The position numbers and the translations under genes are program-made. Shown piece after piece: positions 10,201-19,204 of a stretch of 32,000 bases of DNA; the first letter of the stretch is position 1, and every line of letters starts with the position of its first letter. Source of the DNA: Wolbachia endosymbiont of Cimex lectularius. Its GTDB lineage: Bacteria > Pseudomonadota > Alphaproteobacteria > Rickettsiales > Anaplasmataceae. Under the pieces are notes generated by a model. The model ran no database searches. It saw nothing but the letters and a program-made list of their open reading frames with translations, and had not been told where the DNA came from. Location of the stretch: assembly GCF_000829315.1 (NCBI RefSeq), contig NZ_AP013028.1:90001-122000 (forward strand), written 5' to 3'.

Positions 10201-10284
10201 GCCCGGGTGGCGGAATTGGTAGACGCGCTAGCTTCAGGTGCTAGTAACTTTTCAGTTGTGGAAGTTCAAGTCTTCTCTCGGGCA
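10201..10284 (+). tRNA. tRNA-Leu(CAG)
   Basis: GCCCGGG...CTCGGGC acceptor stem, long variable arm, anticodon stem-loop GCTAGC-TTCAGGT-GCTAG, AGTTCAAGT T-loop region. Confidence 0.95.
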
Positions 10285-10337
10285 CTCTTAACTTACATAT
10301 TGTTTTTTGAACGAATTAATGCTATAATGTATTAATT

Positions 10338-10835
10338 ATGCTTAAGTTTATGAGTCGTGAGAAAGAGGAACTTGCCAACAGGAAAAAAATAAGAACTTAC
10401 TCAAAACGTCTAGTTACCACGCTATCCATTGCTTCTTTTATTGGGTATATAGCATCACTAGTTTTTGATGTTCCTAGCTTAAATTTGCACTCTGCTGCTT
10501 TGAGTATTGTACTGAGTATAGTTTCACTCGGTTTGAATATGTGGTCATATATTGATTACTTTCGAAAACGCAATCTTAATAATCAGCTTGGCATAGAAAA
10601 CACTCCAGGACAAGAAAAGCTAACAGAGATCCATATTAATATTGCATCTAGCGCCTCATTTTTAATAGGGGGAATTATACCTGTATTACCTTTTGAATCT
10701 CCTATTATTCCTTTTGTTTCTATTACTTTTTCCATTTTGGGTTATGCTGCTATGGTAGCCAATATCGTCTGGACTATGATCAGCGAGCCAAAGGTAAAAG
10801 AATTGAGCAAAGGGGAAAATCTCCAAGTGGTGTGA
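10338..10835 (+). CDS. Hypothetical membrane protein (165 aa)
   Basis: Intact ORF with predicted TM segments (LSIASFIGYIASLVF, AALSIVLSIVSLGLNMW, ASSASFLIGGIIPVLPF, ITFSILGYAAMVANIVW). Confidence 0.65.
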   Translation: MLKFMSREKEELANRKKIRTYSKRLVTTLSIASFIGYIASLVFDVPSLNLHSAALSIVLSIVSLGLNMWSYIDYFRKRNLNNQLGIENTPGQEKLTEIHINIASSASFLIGGIIPVLPFESPIIPFVSITFSILGYAAMVANIVWTMISEPKVKELSKGENLQVV

Positions 10836-10937
10836 TAGCTGGAGCCTGATCACCAAAATACTAATAAATTAACTTGCTTGACTTATACAGGAATATCAGT
10901 TATCATATTAATAGTTTGATAACAAAAGGCGAATATT

Positions 10938-11318
10938 ATGACAGACTTTATAAATTTTTCCGATGACTATTCAGGATTTTTCTAGGATAATGCTTATTAT
11001 GTAGTATCTGAATATAATAATGATAGTCCAGATCTTAGCACATATATAGTAGAACGTGATGAACATGAGAACTTGGTATTTAAGAACCTATATGAATATA
11101 TATGTCCGGATGGGAACATACATAAAGGCATTGTCCTTGATCTCAGATCTTTACAGATAGAAGAAAGAATAGAGAACAGCAGCGGTTGTCATGTGAATAA
11201 TTATAGGGTAGATAATGGAACTTTGTCTTCAGATGGAAAAGAACTAATATTTAATATAACTCCAACCGAAGGGAACCATTCAAGAGAGTTCAACATAATT
11301 AGTATTACAAAAGTATAA
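10938..11318 (+). pseudogene. Small hypothetical gene with in-frame TAG at codon 16
   Basis: ATG at 10938 gives MTDFINFSDDYSGFF*DNAYYVVSEYNNDSPDLSTYIVERDEHENLVFKNLYEYICPDGN...; the same frame stays open to 11318. The track ORF at 11073 is a TTG restart inside it. Confidence 0.6.
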
Positions 11319-11444
11319 GCCACAACTGTAAGGACATTGTGATTTGAGCCTGCCAGGAGGATGCATCCAAGTAGCCCCTTTTTTGTCATCCCAGTGCTCG
11401 ACACTGGGATCCAGGATACTACTTTGATAATAAATATTTAAGAA

Positions 11445-11890
11445 ATTTCCAAATGAGAAAAAAAGACAAAAGAAGCCCCATGGCGGCTAATTATTTGCTT
11501 TTGTGTCGAAATATCGGCGTTTTTTTTATTCTAAACGCTTGATGAATGCGACTTAGCTGCTTTTTAATGCAACTAACCTTAGCTGCAAACGTTTAAAAAA
11601 TTTACTAAACAGAAAAAACAGCAAAAGAAACCCCGGTAGCTAGTTATTTACTATCTATCCTATAATATTGGCGTTTTTTTATGTTTTAAACGACCTACAA
11701 GCGCGTTTGAGCTTGAAAACCAGAAGTTTTAAAAAGACGTGAGGTGCACATAGTGCAAAAAATTAAACATGGTACGCCAGATATACTAAGTTTTTTTGTC
11801 GTTTAATCTGCACAGACTGAAGATAAATAATAGCTCCAATACTATGATAAGGGTAACGGCAAAGATTGTCAAGTAGTTTTTTTCGTCTCT
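11445..11890 (-). repeat. Composite dispersed intergenic repeat, copy B
   Basis: Two internal 'GACAAAAGAAGCCCC..GGCTA(A/G)TTATTT...ATATTGGCGTTTTTT' modules, 'GACGTGAGGTGCACATAGTGCAAAAAATTAAACATG', and promoter-like rc TTGACA-N17-TATCAT. Confidence 0.8.
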
Positions 11891-11946
11891 ATCGTATGAC
11901 GTTATGACTTTTTTCCACTTTCATCTATCGGCTTTCTGTATAGTGG

Positions 11947-12080
11947 TTAGGTACGCGAGAAGCCTAATGTAGCTTCTTCTATTCTTGACTCGCTAAGCTT
12001 GTTCTGTTGTTCTAGCTCTTTTATAGCGTTAACAAGACTTAATTCCTTACCGCCAAGTTTGATTTTAACATCTGTGTTTT
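11947..12080 (-). pseudogene. Short decayed coding remnant
   Basis: Minus-strand translation EKNTDVKIKLGGKELSLVNAIKELEQQNKLSESRIEEATLGFSRT* looks protein-like but lacks a start and an intact context. Confidence 0.4.
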
Positions 12081-12147
12081 TCTCTAAGTCCTAATGATTT
12101 GGCTTACTTCCTACTATTTTAATATTGCCATTACTATCAGAGCTTTA

Positions 12148-13638
12148 TTAAAGTATAAACTTAGATAAATCCAACTGTATTGAAATCGATTCGAGCTTAT
12201 CTTTCACATACTTGCCATCTATAACAAATTTTTCACCATTCTTCTCAGTAGCAATAAAACTTATTTCATCTAAAAGTTTCTCCATGATAGTGTGGAGCCT
12301 TCTTGCACCTATATTTTCCACTTGCCTATTAACTGTAAACGCTATTTCAGCTATAGTTTCGATGCCATCATCGGTGAATTCAAGTATTACATTTTCTGTT
12401 TTCATTAAAGCTATGTACTGCTTCAATAAACTAGACTCAGGTTCCTTTAATATTCTTATTAAATCCTCTTGAGTAAGTGCCTTAAGCTCTACTCTAATAG
12501 GTAATCTACCCTGCAATTCTGGCAAAAGGTCAGACGGTTTAGATAAATGAAAAGCACCAGATGCAATAAATAATATATGGTCTGTCTTCACATGGCCATA
12601 CTTAGTTGAAACAGTTGTTCCTTCAAGCAGTGGTAATAAATCACGTTGTACTCCTTCTCTATTGATTTCACCTTTTACTTCTGTACGTGCTGCAATTTTA
12701 TCTATTTCATCCAAAAATACTATGCCTTCATTGCTAACAAGATCAATCGCTTCTTTGATTATCTTGTCTTCATCCATTAACTTCTCACTTTCTTCGTTAA
12801 TCAATATTTCTCGAGCTTCTTTTACCTTAACTGTAATAGTTTTTGTTTTTTTGCCCCCATTAAACATCTTGCCCACTAGTTCTGTGACGTTCACCACGCC
12901 AACTTGCCCACCTGGCATGCCTGGTATATCAAAAGCTGGTAGCATACTCTTACTTTCTCTGACGTTAATGGAAACTTCCCCATCTTCAAACTCTTTATTT
13001 CTCAGTTTTTCTCTGAAAACCCTTTTACTCTCTTCGGTTGCATCTTCACCAACCATAGAATTAACTATTATCCTCTCAACTAAATTCAAAGCTTTTTTAG
13101 CTAAAGCTTTGCGAGCTTTCTCTTTAACTAAAACTATTGCTGCATCAACTAAATCACGTATTATCGAGTCAACATCACGCCCGACATATCCTATTTCGGT
13201 GAATTTCGTTGCTTCAACTTTTATGAACGGCGCACCCGCAAGCTTCGCTAAGCGGCGAGCTATTTCTGTTTTACCAATCCCTGTATGACCAATCATCAGT
13301 ATATTTTTAGGTATAATTTCATCACGTAAAGGAAGAAAAACTTTATTGCGACGCCAACGGTTCCTGAGTGCAATAGCGACAGCACGTTTTGCATCATTCT
13401 GTCCAATTATGAACCTATCCAACTCCTTAACTATCTTTTGTGGCGGCAGATCGTCCAATAAGACTTGTGTACTGTTATTAATTTGGGCATTGTTGTTATT
13501 TGAATCACAGCCATTTTTAGTGTCTTCACAGAGGTCATTTTTCTCATTGTAGGTATCACTACCATAAAACTGCCCTTCTGAAAGCCTCACAAGCTGATTG
13601 GAGAAATTAGTGCATAAAATTTTTTGTTCAGAAGACAT
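12148..13638 (-). CDS. hslU: ATP-dependent protease ATPase subunit HslU
   Basis: [90 protein letters not shown]. The canonical HslU start aligns about 60 aa inside the ORF. Confidence 0.96.
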   Translation of the reverse strand: MSSEQKILCTNFSNQLVRLSEGQFYGSDTYNEKNDLCEDTKNGCDSNNNNAQINNSTQVLLDDLPPQKIVKELDRFIIGQNDAKRAVAIALRNRWRRNKVFLPLRDEIIPKNILMIGHTGIGKTEIARRLAKLAGAPFIKVEATKFTEIGYVGRDVDSIIRDLVDAAIVLVKEKARKALAKKALNLVERIIVNSMVGEDATEESKRVFREKLRNKEFEDGEVSINVRESKSMLPAFDIPGMPGGQVGVVNVTELVGKMFNGGKKTKTITVKVKEAREILINEESEKLMDEDKIIKEAIDLVSNEGIVFLDEIDKIAARTEVKGEINREGVQRDLLPLLEGTTVSTKYGHVKTDHILFIASGAFHLSKPSDLLPELQGRLPIRVELKALTQEDLIRILKEPESSLLKQYIALMKTENVILEFTDDGIETIAEIAFTVNRQVENIGARRLHTIMEKLLDEISFIATEKNGEKFVIDGKYVKDKLESISIQLDLSKFIL

Positions 13639-13639
13639 A

Positions 13640-14194
13640 CTATCCCTCTATCTTTTCAATAACTACATTATGATTTGTATAAACACATATATCAGCTGCT
13701 ATTTTCATAGCTCTTTTCGCTATCTCCTCTATTGATATTCCTTTTACATCAATTAAAGCTCTTGCTGCGGATAGAGCAAAATTTCCTCCAGAACCAATAG
13801 CTGCGACCCCATCTTCAGGTTCAAGAACGTCACCTGTTCCTGTAATCACTAACGAAATAGATTTATCTGCAACAATCATCATAGCTTCCAATTTTCTCAA
13901 GTATTTATCCATTCTCCAATCTTTTGCAAGTTCAACACATGCTCTCATTAATTGTCCTGGGTGCCTATCAAGTTTAGATTCCAGTCTTTCAAAGAGAGTA
14001 AATGCATCGGCTGTTGCCCCTGCAAAACCAGCAATTACAGAATCACCAGAAAGGCGCCTGACTTTTTTTGCTCCGGATTTTATAACAGTGTGGCCCAGTG
14101 AAACCTGTCCATCACCTATTACTACTACACTTTTGTCTCTTCTAATTGACAGTATGGTAGTTCCATACATTTTACTGCTATCATGTTGAATCAT
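13640..14194 (-). CDS. hslV: ATP-dependent protease proteolytic subunit HslV
   Basis: [59 protein letters not shown]; directly upstream of hslU. Confidence 0.96.
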   Translation of the reverse strand: MIQHDSSKMYGTTILSIRRDKSVVVIGDGQVSLGHTVIKSGAKKVRRLSGDSVIAGFAGATADAFTLFERLESKLDRHPGQLMRACVELAKDWRMDKYLRKLEAMMIVADKSISLVITGTGDVLEPEDGVAAIGSGGNFALSAARALIDVKGISIEEIAKRAMKIAADICVYTNHNVVIEKIEG

Positions 14195-14309
14195 TTTTCT
14201 ATCACTTCAAATGGCAATTTCATTATACTTTAATCTTTAATCAAATGTGCTAGATATGTTTAATTATAGCTCATAATATAATACTTTCCTTATAACATTA
14301 AAAGCGTAG

Positions 14310-15470
14310 ATGCAAAATATAATTCATCCAAAATTAAAAAAAAGTTTAAATAGTTGGTTTGAGGAGAAGTTTGATGGCCTCACATTGCCATTTTATAGCT
14401 CCATAGACCTAAGAAACTCTGGTTACAAAATTGCCCCTATAGACACTAATTTGTTTCCTGCAGGGTTCAACAACCTAAGTGAGGTATCAAAAGCAACAGC
14501 AGCAGAGCTAATGAAGAGCTACTTTAAAGAAAAACAACATAAAAAAATTCTCATAATACCGGAGAATTACACGCGAAATAAAATGTATATAGAGAACGTA
14601 TTTGCCATAGAAAAAATACTCCAACTCGCAGGTTTTGAGACTAGAATGGGCCTCTTTCACAACGAAGCATACAATTTAATAGAACCATATGAAACTGTCG
14701 TGAAGGAAAACTCCCTCCTGAAGACAACTTCAGGATTTGTGCCTGATGTTGTTGTACTGAACCGGGATATGACAAGCCACATTCCAGACACGCTGGAAAA
14801 TGTAAAACAAGAGATAGTGCCAAGTCCATTATATGGTTGGCACAGCAGGCAGAAATTTCAATATTTTGAAATCTATCAAAAACTAGCGTCCGAACTTTGT
14901 AGCGAATTTCAAATAGACCCGTGGCTTATTTCTACACCTACAGAAAGTTGCAGTAGTGTTAATTTCAATGACGATTCATCGCTAGAAATGGTGGCAGCTA
15001 AAGTTGATCAAGTGCTGTCCTTAGTGCAAAAAAAATATGAAGAATATAAAATAGAAACCCAACCTTATGTTTTCATCAAGGCAAGCAATGGAACATACGG
15101 AATGGGCATTATAACAGCAACAAGTGGAGAGGAAGTACTAAGCCTCAATAAAAAAAAGCGCAATAGAATGAAAAAGATAAAAGAAGGAATAGAAGTGAGC
15201 AGCGTTATTATACAAGAAGGTGTACCAACCATCGATGTATTTGAACATAGCCCTGCAGAGCCGCTGATATATTATATAGGAAGTACGCCAACCTGCTACT
15301 TATACCGGTGCAACAGTAGAAAAGATATATATTCTAGCTTAAATTCCACTGACTGTAAATTCCATGATGTCAGCCAGGCTGTGGAAAATAAAACTCTATC
15401 GCTTTGGAATATGGTTAGTAAATTAGCGGTGCTAGCATTGGCAGTAGAAATGAAGTCTTTTCATATCTAA
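14310..15470 (+). CDS. gshA: Glutamate--cysteine ligase (GshA, proteobacterial type)
   Basis: ATP-grasp-like protein with PIDTNLFPAGFNNL, YVFIKASNGTYGMGIITA, VIIQEGVPT; pattern recalled from the GshA type found in Rickettsiales and Acidithiobacillus. Confidence 0.8.
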   Translation: MQNIIHPKLKKSLNSWFEEKFDGLTLPFYSSIDLRNSGYKIAPIDTNLFPAGFNNLSEVSKATAAELMKSYFKEKQHKKILIIPENYTRNKMYIENVFAIEKILQLAGFETRMGLFHNEAYNLIEPYETVVKENSLLKTTSGFVPDVVVLNRDMTSHIPDTLENVKQEIVPSPLYGWHSRQKFQYFEIYQKLASELCSEFQIDPWLISTPTESCSSVNFNDDSSLEMVAAKVDQVLSLVQKKYEEYKIETQPYVFIKASNGTYGMGIITATSGEEVLSLNKKKRNRMKKIKEGIEVSSVIIQEGVPTIDVFEHSPAEPLIYYIGSTPTCYLYRCNSRKDIYSSLNSTDCKFHDVSQAVENKTLSLWNMVSKLAVLALAVEMKSFHI

Positions 15471-15477
15471 TTTCTTA

Positions 15478-16337
15478 GAACCTGTTTAAAATCTTGGAAA
15501 TGTGAGGTAAAGTAAGCATAGATTAATAATGAGGTGTCTATGCAGAAAAGTTATCCAAGTAATATAAGTCAAGAGCAGTTTGAAAAAATCAGGCCAATTT
15601 TGGAGAGTGCAAGCAGAAAACAAAACCAAGAAAACTTGATTTGTATGACGTATTTTGTGGGGTGTTGTACGTCTTAAAAAGTGGTTGTCAGTGGAGGATG
15701 TTACCAAAGGGTTTTCCAAGATGGGAAAGCGTATATTACTATTTTCGAGTGTGGAGTAAAAAGAATGGAGAAGAGCCAAGCTTGTTGGAATTAGTCTTAA
15801 AAAAAATTAGTTGGAGAGGTCCGTATCAGCAATGGTCGGGAAGAGAAAACTAGCTTTTATATAATTGATTCTCAAAGCGTTAAAAACGCAGATACTGCTG
15901 AAAAAAAAAGGCTATGATGCAGGTAAAAAGATTTCAGGGATAAAGCGCCATATTGCAGTTGATACACAAGGTTTGCCACATGCAATTTATGTAACAACGG
16001 CAGAAGCAACTGACCGTAGCAGTGCTGTGAAAATGGTCGAAAATGCTAAAGCAAACCTCTCTGAAGTTAAAAACATACTGGTTGATGCTGGCTACACAGG
16101 AGAAAATTTTGCAACACAAATAAAAGCTATCATTGGTGCGACTGTTGAAGTAATAAAGCGAAGTGAGTTACACACTTTCGTCGTATTGCCAAAAAGATGG
16201 GTTGTTGAACGCTCTTTTGCCTGGTTAGAAAAGTGCAGGCGATTGTGGAAAAATTGCGAGCGGAAGCTCAACACTAGCTTACAGATGATAGTCCTCTCCT
16301 TCATTTCTCTCCTGTTACGAAGATTTTAAACAGGTTC
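15478..16337 (+). mobile_element. IS5-family (IS1031/ISWpi1-like) insertion sequence with frameshifted transposase
   Basis: Perfect terminal inverted repeats GAACCTGTTTAAAATCTT / AAGATTTTAAACAGGTTC; 3-bp TTA duplication at 15475-15477 and 16338-16340; DDE-like IIDSQSVKNAD...ILVDAGYTGE...VVERSFAWLEKCRRLWKNCE. Confidence 0.92.
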
Positions 16338-16394
16338 TTACTTCTAAGCGTAGCCATTGGCTAGACTTCTTGCATAAAAAACAGCTTTTGGCAT

Positions 16395-16820
16395 ATGCGA
16401 AAAAACTACTTGACAATCTTTGCCGTTACCCTTATAATGACACTGAAGCTATTTGTTTAACTTCCCAATCTGTACAGGTTAAAATGACAAGAAAACTTGT
16501 ATTTGGCGTACTATTGTTTAATTTTTCGCACTATGTGCACTGCATGTCTTTTTAAAACTTCGGGTTTTTGCCCATACAAGCTGAAACGCGCTTATAAGTC
16601 GTTTAAGACATCACTTAACGCCGGATTTTAAAATAGAGAGTGGAATAACTAGCTACCTCGGGGTTTTATTGTCTTTTTTCCCTGTTTGGTAAATTTCTTA
16701 AATATTATAGCTTAGACTAGTTGCGTTTAAAAGCAGCTAAATTGCAGCGTTTAAGGCATAAAAACGCCAATACTAAAAATAAATACCGACCAGGGCTTCT
16801 TTTGTCTTTTTTTCTGCTTA
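16395..16820 (+). repeat. Composite dispersed intergenic repeat, copy C
   Basis: TTGACA(16410)-N17-TATAAT(16433), GTTTAATTTTTCGCACTATGTGCACTGCATGTCTTTTT, then two 'GGG(G/C)TT..TTTTGTCTTTTTT' modules. Confidence 0.8.
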
Positions 16821-16827
16821 GTTTAGG

Positions 16828-17304
16828 TTATGCAAAAAGTTTTCTGTCTGATTCATGATGATGATTAACATCACGAAGTTCAGTAGAAGGATCATCATTG
16901 ATTGGTTGATTAAACAGTTTGTCAAGCTGGACTGCTAGGAATACTGCGCTATATATTATGCTGACTGTTACGCTTAAATTAAAATTATAGATTATACCAT
17001 TACCTAAGTTTATCGGTATGGTTGCAATTTCTACCCTTCTTAATACGAAGTTTAACAAACCTAATGACAAAGTTAGTGTGCTGATGAAGAGGCTCTTCTT
17101 GCGTTTAGCAAGCTCAGCTTTACATTTTGTAAATTCATCAGTTTCCTTTTTATCTTGGTATTTTCCACATGCATCTTGATATTCTTTATGTGCCTTTTGA
17201 TATTTTTTGTATGTATAATAATAGCTTATGGGTTCTGAAATGAATAGGAATAGGATTGTTGACGTTAAGTGAACACAACTTATTACGTCTGCATTTCTAG
17301 TCAA
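16828..17304 (-). CDS. Hypothetical multi-TM protein, second of an overlapping pair
   Basis: 158 aa ORF; hydrophobic segments STILFLFISEPISYYYTY, LFISTLTLSLGLLNFVL, VSIIYSAVFLAVQL; charged Lys/Glu-rich linker. Confidence 0.6.
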   Translation of the reverse strand: MTRNADVISCVHLTSTILFLFISEPISYYYTYKKYQKAHKEYQDACGKYQDKKETDEFTKCKAELAKRKKSLFISTLTLSLGLLNFVLRRVEIATIPINLGNGIIYNFNLSVTVSIIYSAVFLAVQLDKLFNQPINDDPSTELRDVNHHHESDRKLFA

Positions 17305-17678
17305 GAGATGGATGACTTCAACATCATTAGCGCTTCTATGGTGCTGCTTGCAAGACTAGCTGACTTGCCCACAATTTTTGCTAATTCTTTTTTACCCTTG
17401 GGGTCTCTGTAATCCTTGACTAGGTCATATAAAGTAAATGCAGAGTAGGCAATATATAGAATAGACGTCGGAAATTTTGCCCACCGAGCGACATTCCGTA
17501 TAAGAAAAATATTGGATCTGTTATTGTCAATAAACTCACAGCAAAATTGTAGCGAAATCTTGCACAGTAGCATTGTTAAACCTGTTGTAATACAGATTAT
17601 CCTCCTGATATCATGGTCGTAAGTGTCATGTACCTTTTGTGCAAACGTGTTTTGTTTCTTTTTTAGTTTATTTGACAT
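17301..17678 (-). CDS. Hypothetical TM protein, first of an overlapping pair
   Basis: 125 aa ORF, 4-nt overlap with the downstream ORF. Confidence 0.6.
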   Translation of the reverse strand: MSNKLKKKQNTFAQKVHDTYDHDIRRIICITTGLTMLLCKISLQFCCEFIDNNRSNIFLIRNVARWAKFPTSILYIAYSAFTLYDLVKDYRDPKGKKELAKIVGKSASLASSTIEALMMLKSSIS

Positions 17679-17755
17679 AAATACTTAATAAAGTAATAGT
17701 TTTTTGTTATTTTATCATATTAAATCCTAAAGGAAAAGTATTATAAGTCAGGATT

Positions 17756-18769
17756 TTAAAGATAATTTATGCACAAATTTACCAAGCATTTTATAAACAA
17801 GAAATCAGTACCGAGAGTTGGTATGCGAAAGTAATGTTCGTCCTTGATCATTGCTTTATATTCTATATCAAGCTCAACAAGCGTCTCTGAATGTTCAGAA
17901 ACAAAAGATATAGGTGATAAAACCACAGGTACACCATCAGCTTTTGCACGCAACAGTTCACTTTCGGTGCTTGGCTCTAACCATTTTATAGGTCCAATCT
18001 TGCTCTGATAACATATTACCCAATCAAGATCTTTAATATCTAATTTTTTTACTATCAATTTTACTGTTTCTTCTATCTGTGAAGCGTAAGGGTCGCCTTT
18101 TTTAACAACACTTAGAGGCAAGCTATGGGCTGAAAATAGGATTCTTGGTTTACCAATTTTGCTGGCTAATTTATAATACTGAGCTGCTAGGTTAGCGTGA
18201 GCTTTAATAAACTCTTGGTTATCATAATAGCGGTTGATTATTTTTGTGTTGCATTTGAGACCATATTTTTTGGCATTTTTTTGCCAATTTTCGATAGATG
18301 ACAGAGTTGTGGTAGTTGAATACTGAGGATATAGCGGCAGCAGAATTGCTTCGTCAGGATCAAACTGCTTCACACTCTTAACAACTTCATCAGCAAATGG
18401 ATGCCAATAGCGCATACAAATGAATACTCTGGCCAGCTCTGGTGTCATTCCAGCGTGTGACCAGTTCTTTTTTCTAGATCCCAGTTCCACGCTACTTGGA
18501 TGACAAAAGACGGATCTATTAAGTTCTTGCTCAAGCGCTTCAGCTTGCATTTTTGTATTCTCTAAAATTGGTGATTTGCCTCCAATTTGCTCATATATTT
18601 TTCGTGCAGTATTTTCTCGTTTTGCGGATATAAACTTTGCTAAAAGAAAACGAAAAGGGTTTGGTAGATTTATTATTCTTCTGTCGTAAAAGAGATTGAA
18701 TAGAAAAGGACGGACCGCATTTGGTGAATCAGGGCCGCCTAGGTTAAGTAAGATAATTGCTTTTTTCAT
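17756..18769 (-). CDS. hemH: Ferrochelatase carrying an in-frame palindromic-element insertion
   Basis: [104 protein letters not shown]. Confidence 0.95.
   Translation of the reverse strand: MKKAIILLNLGGPDSPNAVRPFLFNLFYDRRIINLPNPFRFLLAKFISAKRENTARKIYEQIGGKSPILENTKMQAEALEQELNRSVFCHPSSVELGSRKKNWSHAGMTPELARVFICMRYWHPFADEVVKSVKQFDPDEAILLPLYPQYSTTTTLSSIENWQKNAKKYGLKCNTKIINRYYDNQEFIKAHANLAAQYYKLASKIGKPRILFSAHSLPLSVVKKGDPYASQIEETVKLIVKKLDIKDLDWVICYQSKIGPIKWLEPSTESELLRAKADGVPVVLSPISFVSEHSETLVELDIEYKAMIKDEHYFRIPTLGTDFLFIKCLVNLCINYL
18441..18508. repeat. Palindromic element (WPE-like) inside hemH
   Basis: GTGTCATTCCAGCGTGTGACCAG...CTAGATCCCAGTTCCACGCTACTTGGATGACA; encodes [25 protein letters not shown]. 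Confidence 0.85.
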
Positions 18770-18851
18770 TAGATCTTTTGCAAATAAACTATAAGATTAC
18801 TTTTTACCGTCATTACAGTGCGTACAACATTGTGATTTGAGCACCGAGATG

Positions 18852-19204
18852 GTGTCATCCAAGTAGCCTGGCACTGGGATCCAGGATTCTACTAAGTTGG
18901 TAAGTATAAAAGCGTTATGTGAAAACAACGTACTCGATGAAATTGTGTGAAAGTGCTGGCCAAGCATTTTAGTGTACGAGCATTGCAATTTGCAGATAAT
19001 TTGAGTAGTAGGTGGTGTCATTCCAGCGCGTGACGCTGGAATCCAGCTTTTTAGTAACTTCACCAAAAATGTTGTATAGTGCACGATCAATTTCGCTGGA
19101 TCCCAGTGTCAAGCACTGGGATGACCCCTTTGTGTTTAAGGTAAAAATGGCTAACACACTGCTCCCGCGTTCGTACCGCTGTGTGTCAAGCGCTGGGATA
19201 ACAA
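18852..19204. repeat. Cluster of several WPE-like palindromes
   Basis: GTCATCCAAGTAGCCTGGCACTGGGATCCAG (from 18854), GTGTCATTCCAGCGCGTGACGCTGGAATCCAG (from 19016), GGATCCCAGTGTCAAGCACTGGGATGAC (from 19098), CGTTCGTACCGCTGTGTGTCAAGCGCTGGGATAAC (to 19202). Confidence 0.8.

Noticed and set aside
12662-13288. 208-aa plus-strand ORF
   Set aside because: Lies entirely antisense to the strongly supported hslU gene; Ser/Ile-rich shadow-ORF composition and no recognisable motifs.
14310-16390. IS interruption of the gshA-like gene
   Set aside because: The ORF stop (15468-15470) precedes the TTA target duplication (15475-15477), so the reading frame is not split by the IS in this window.
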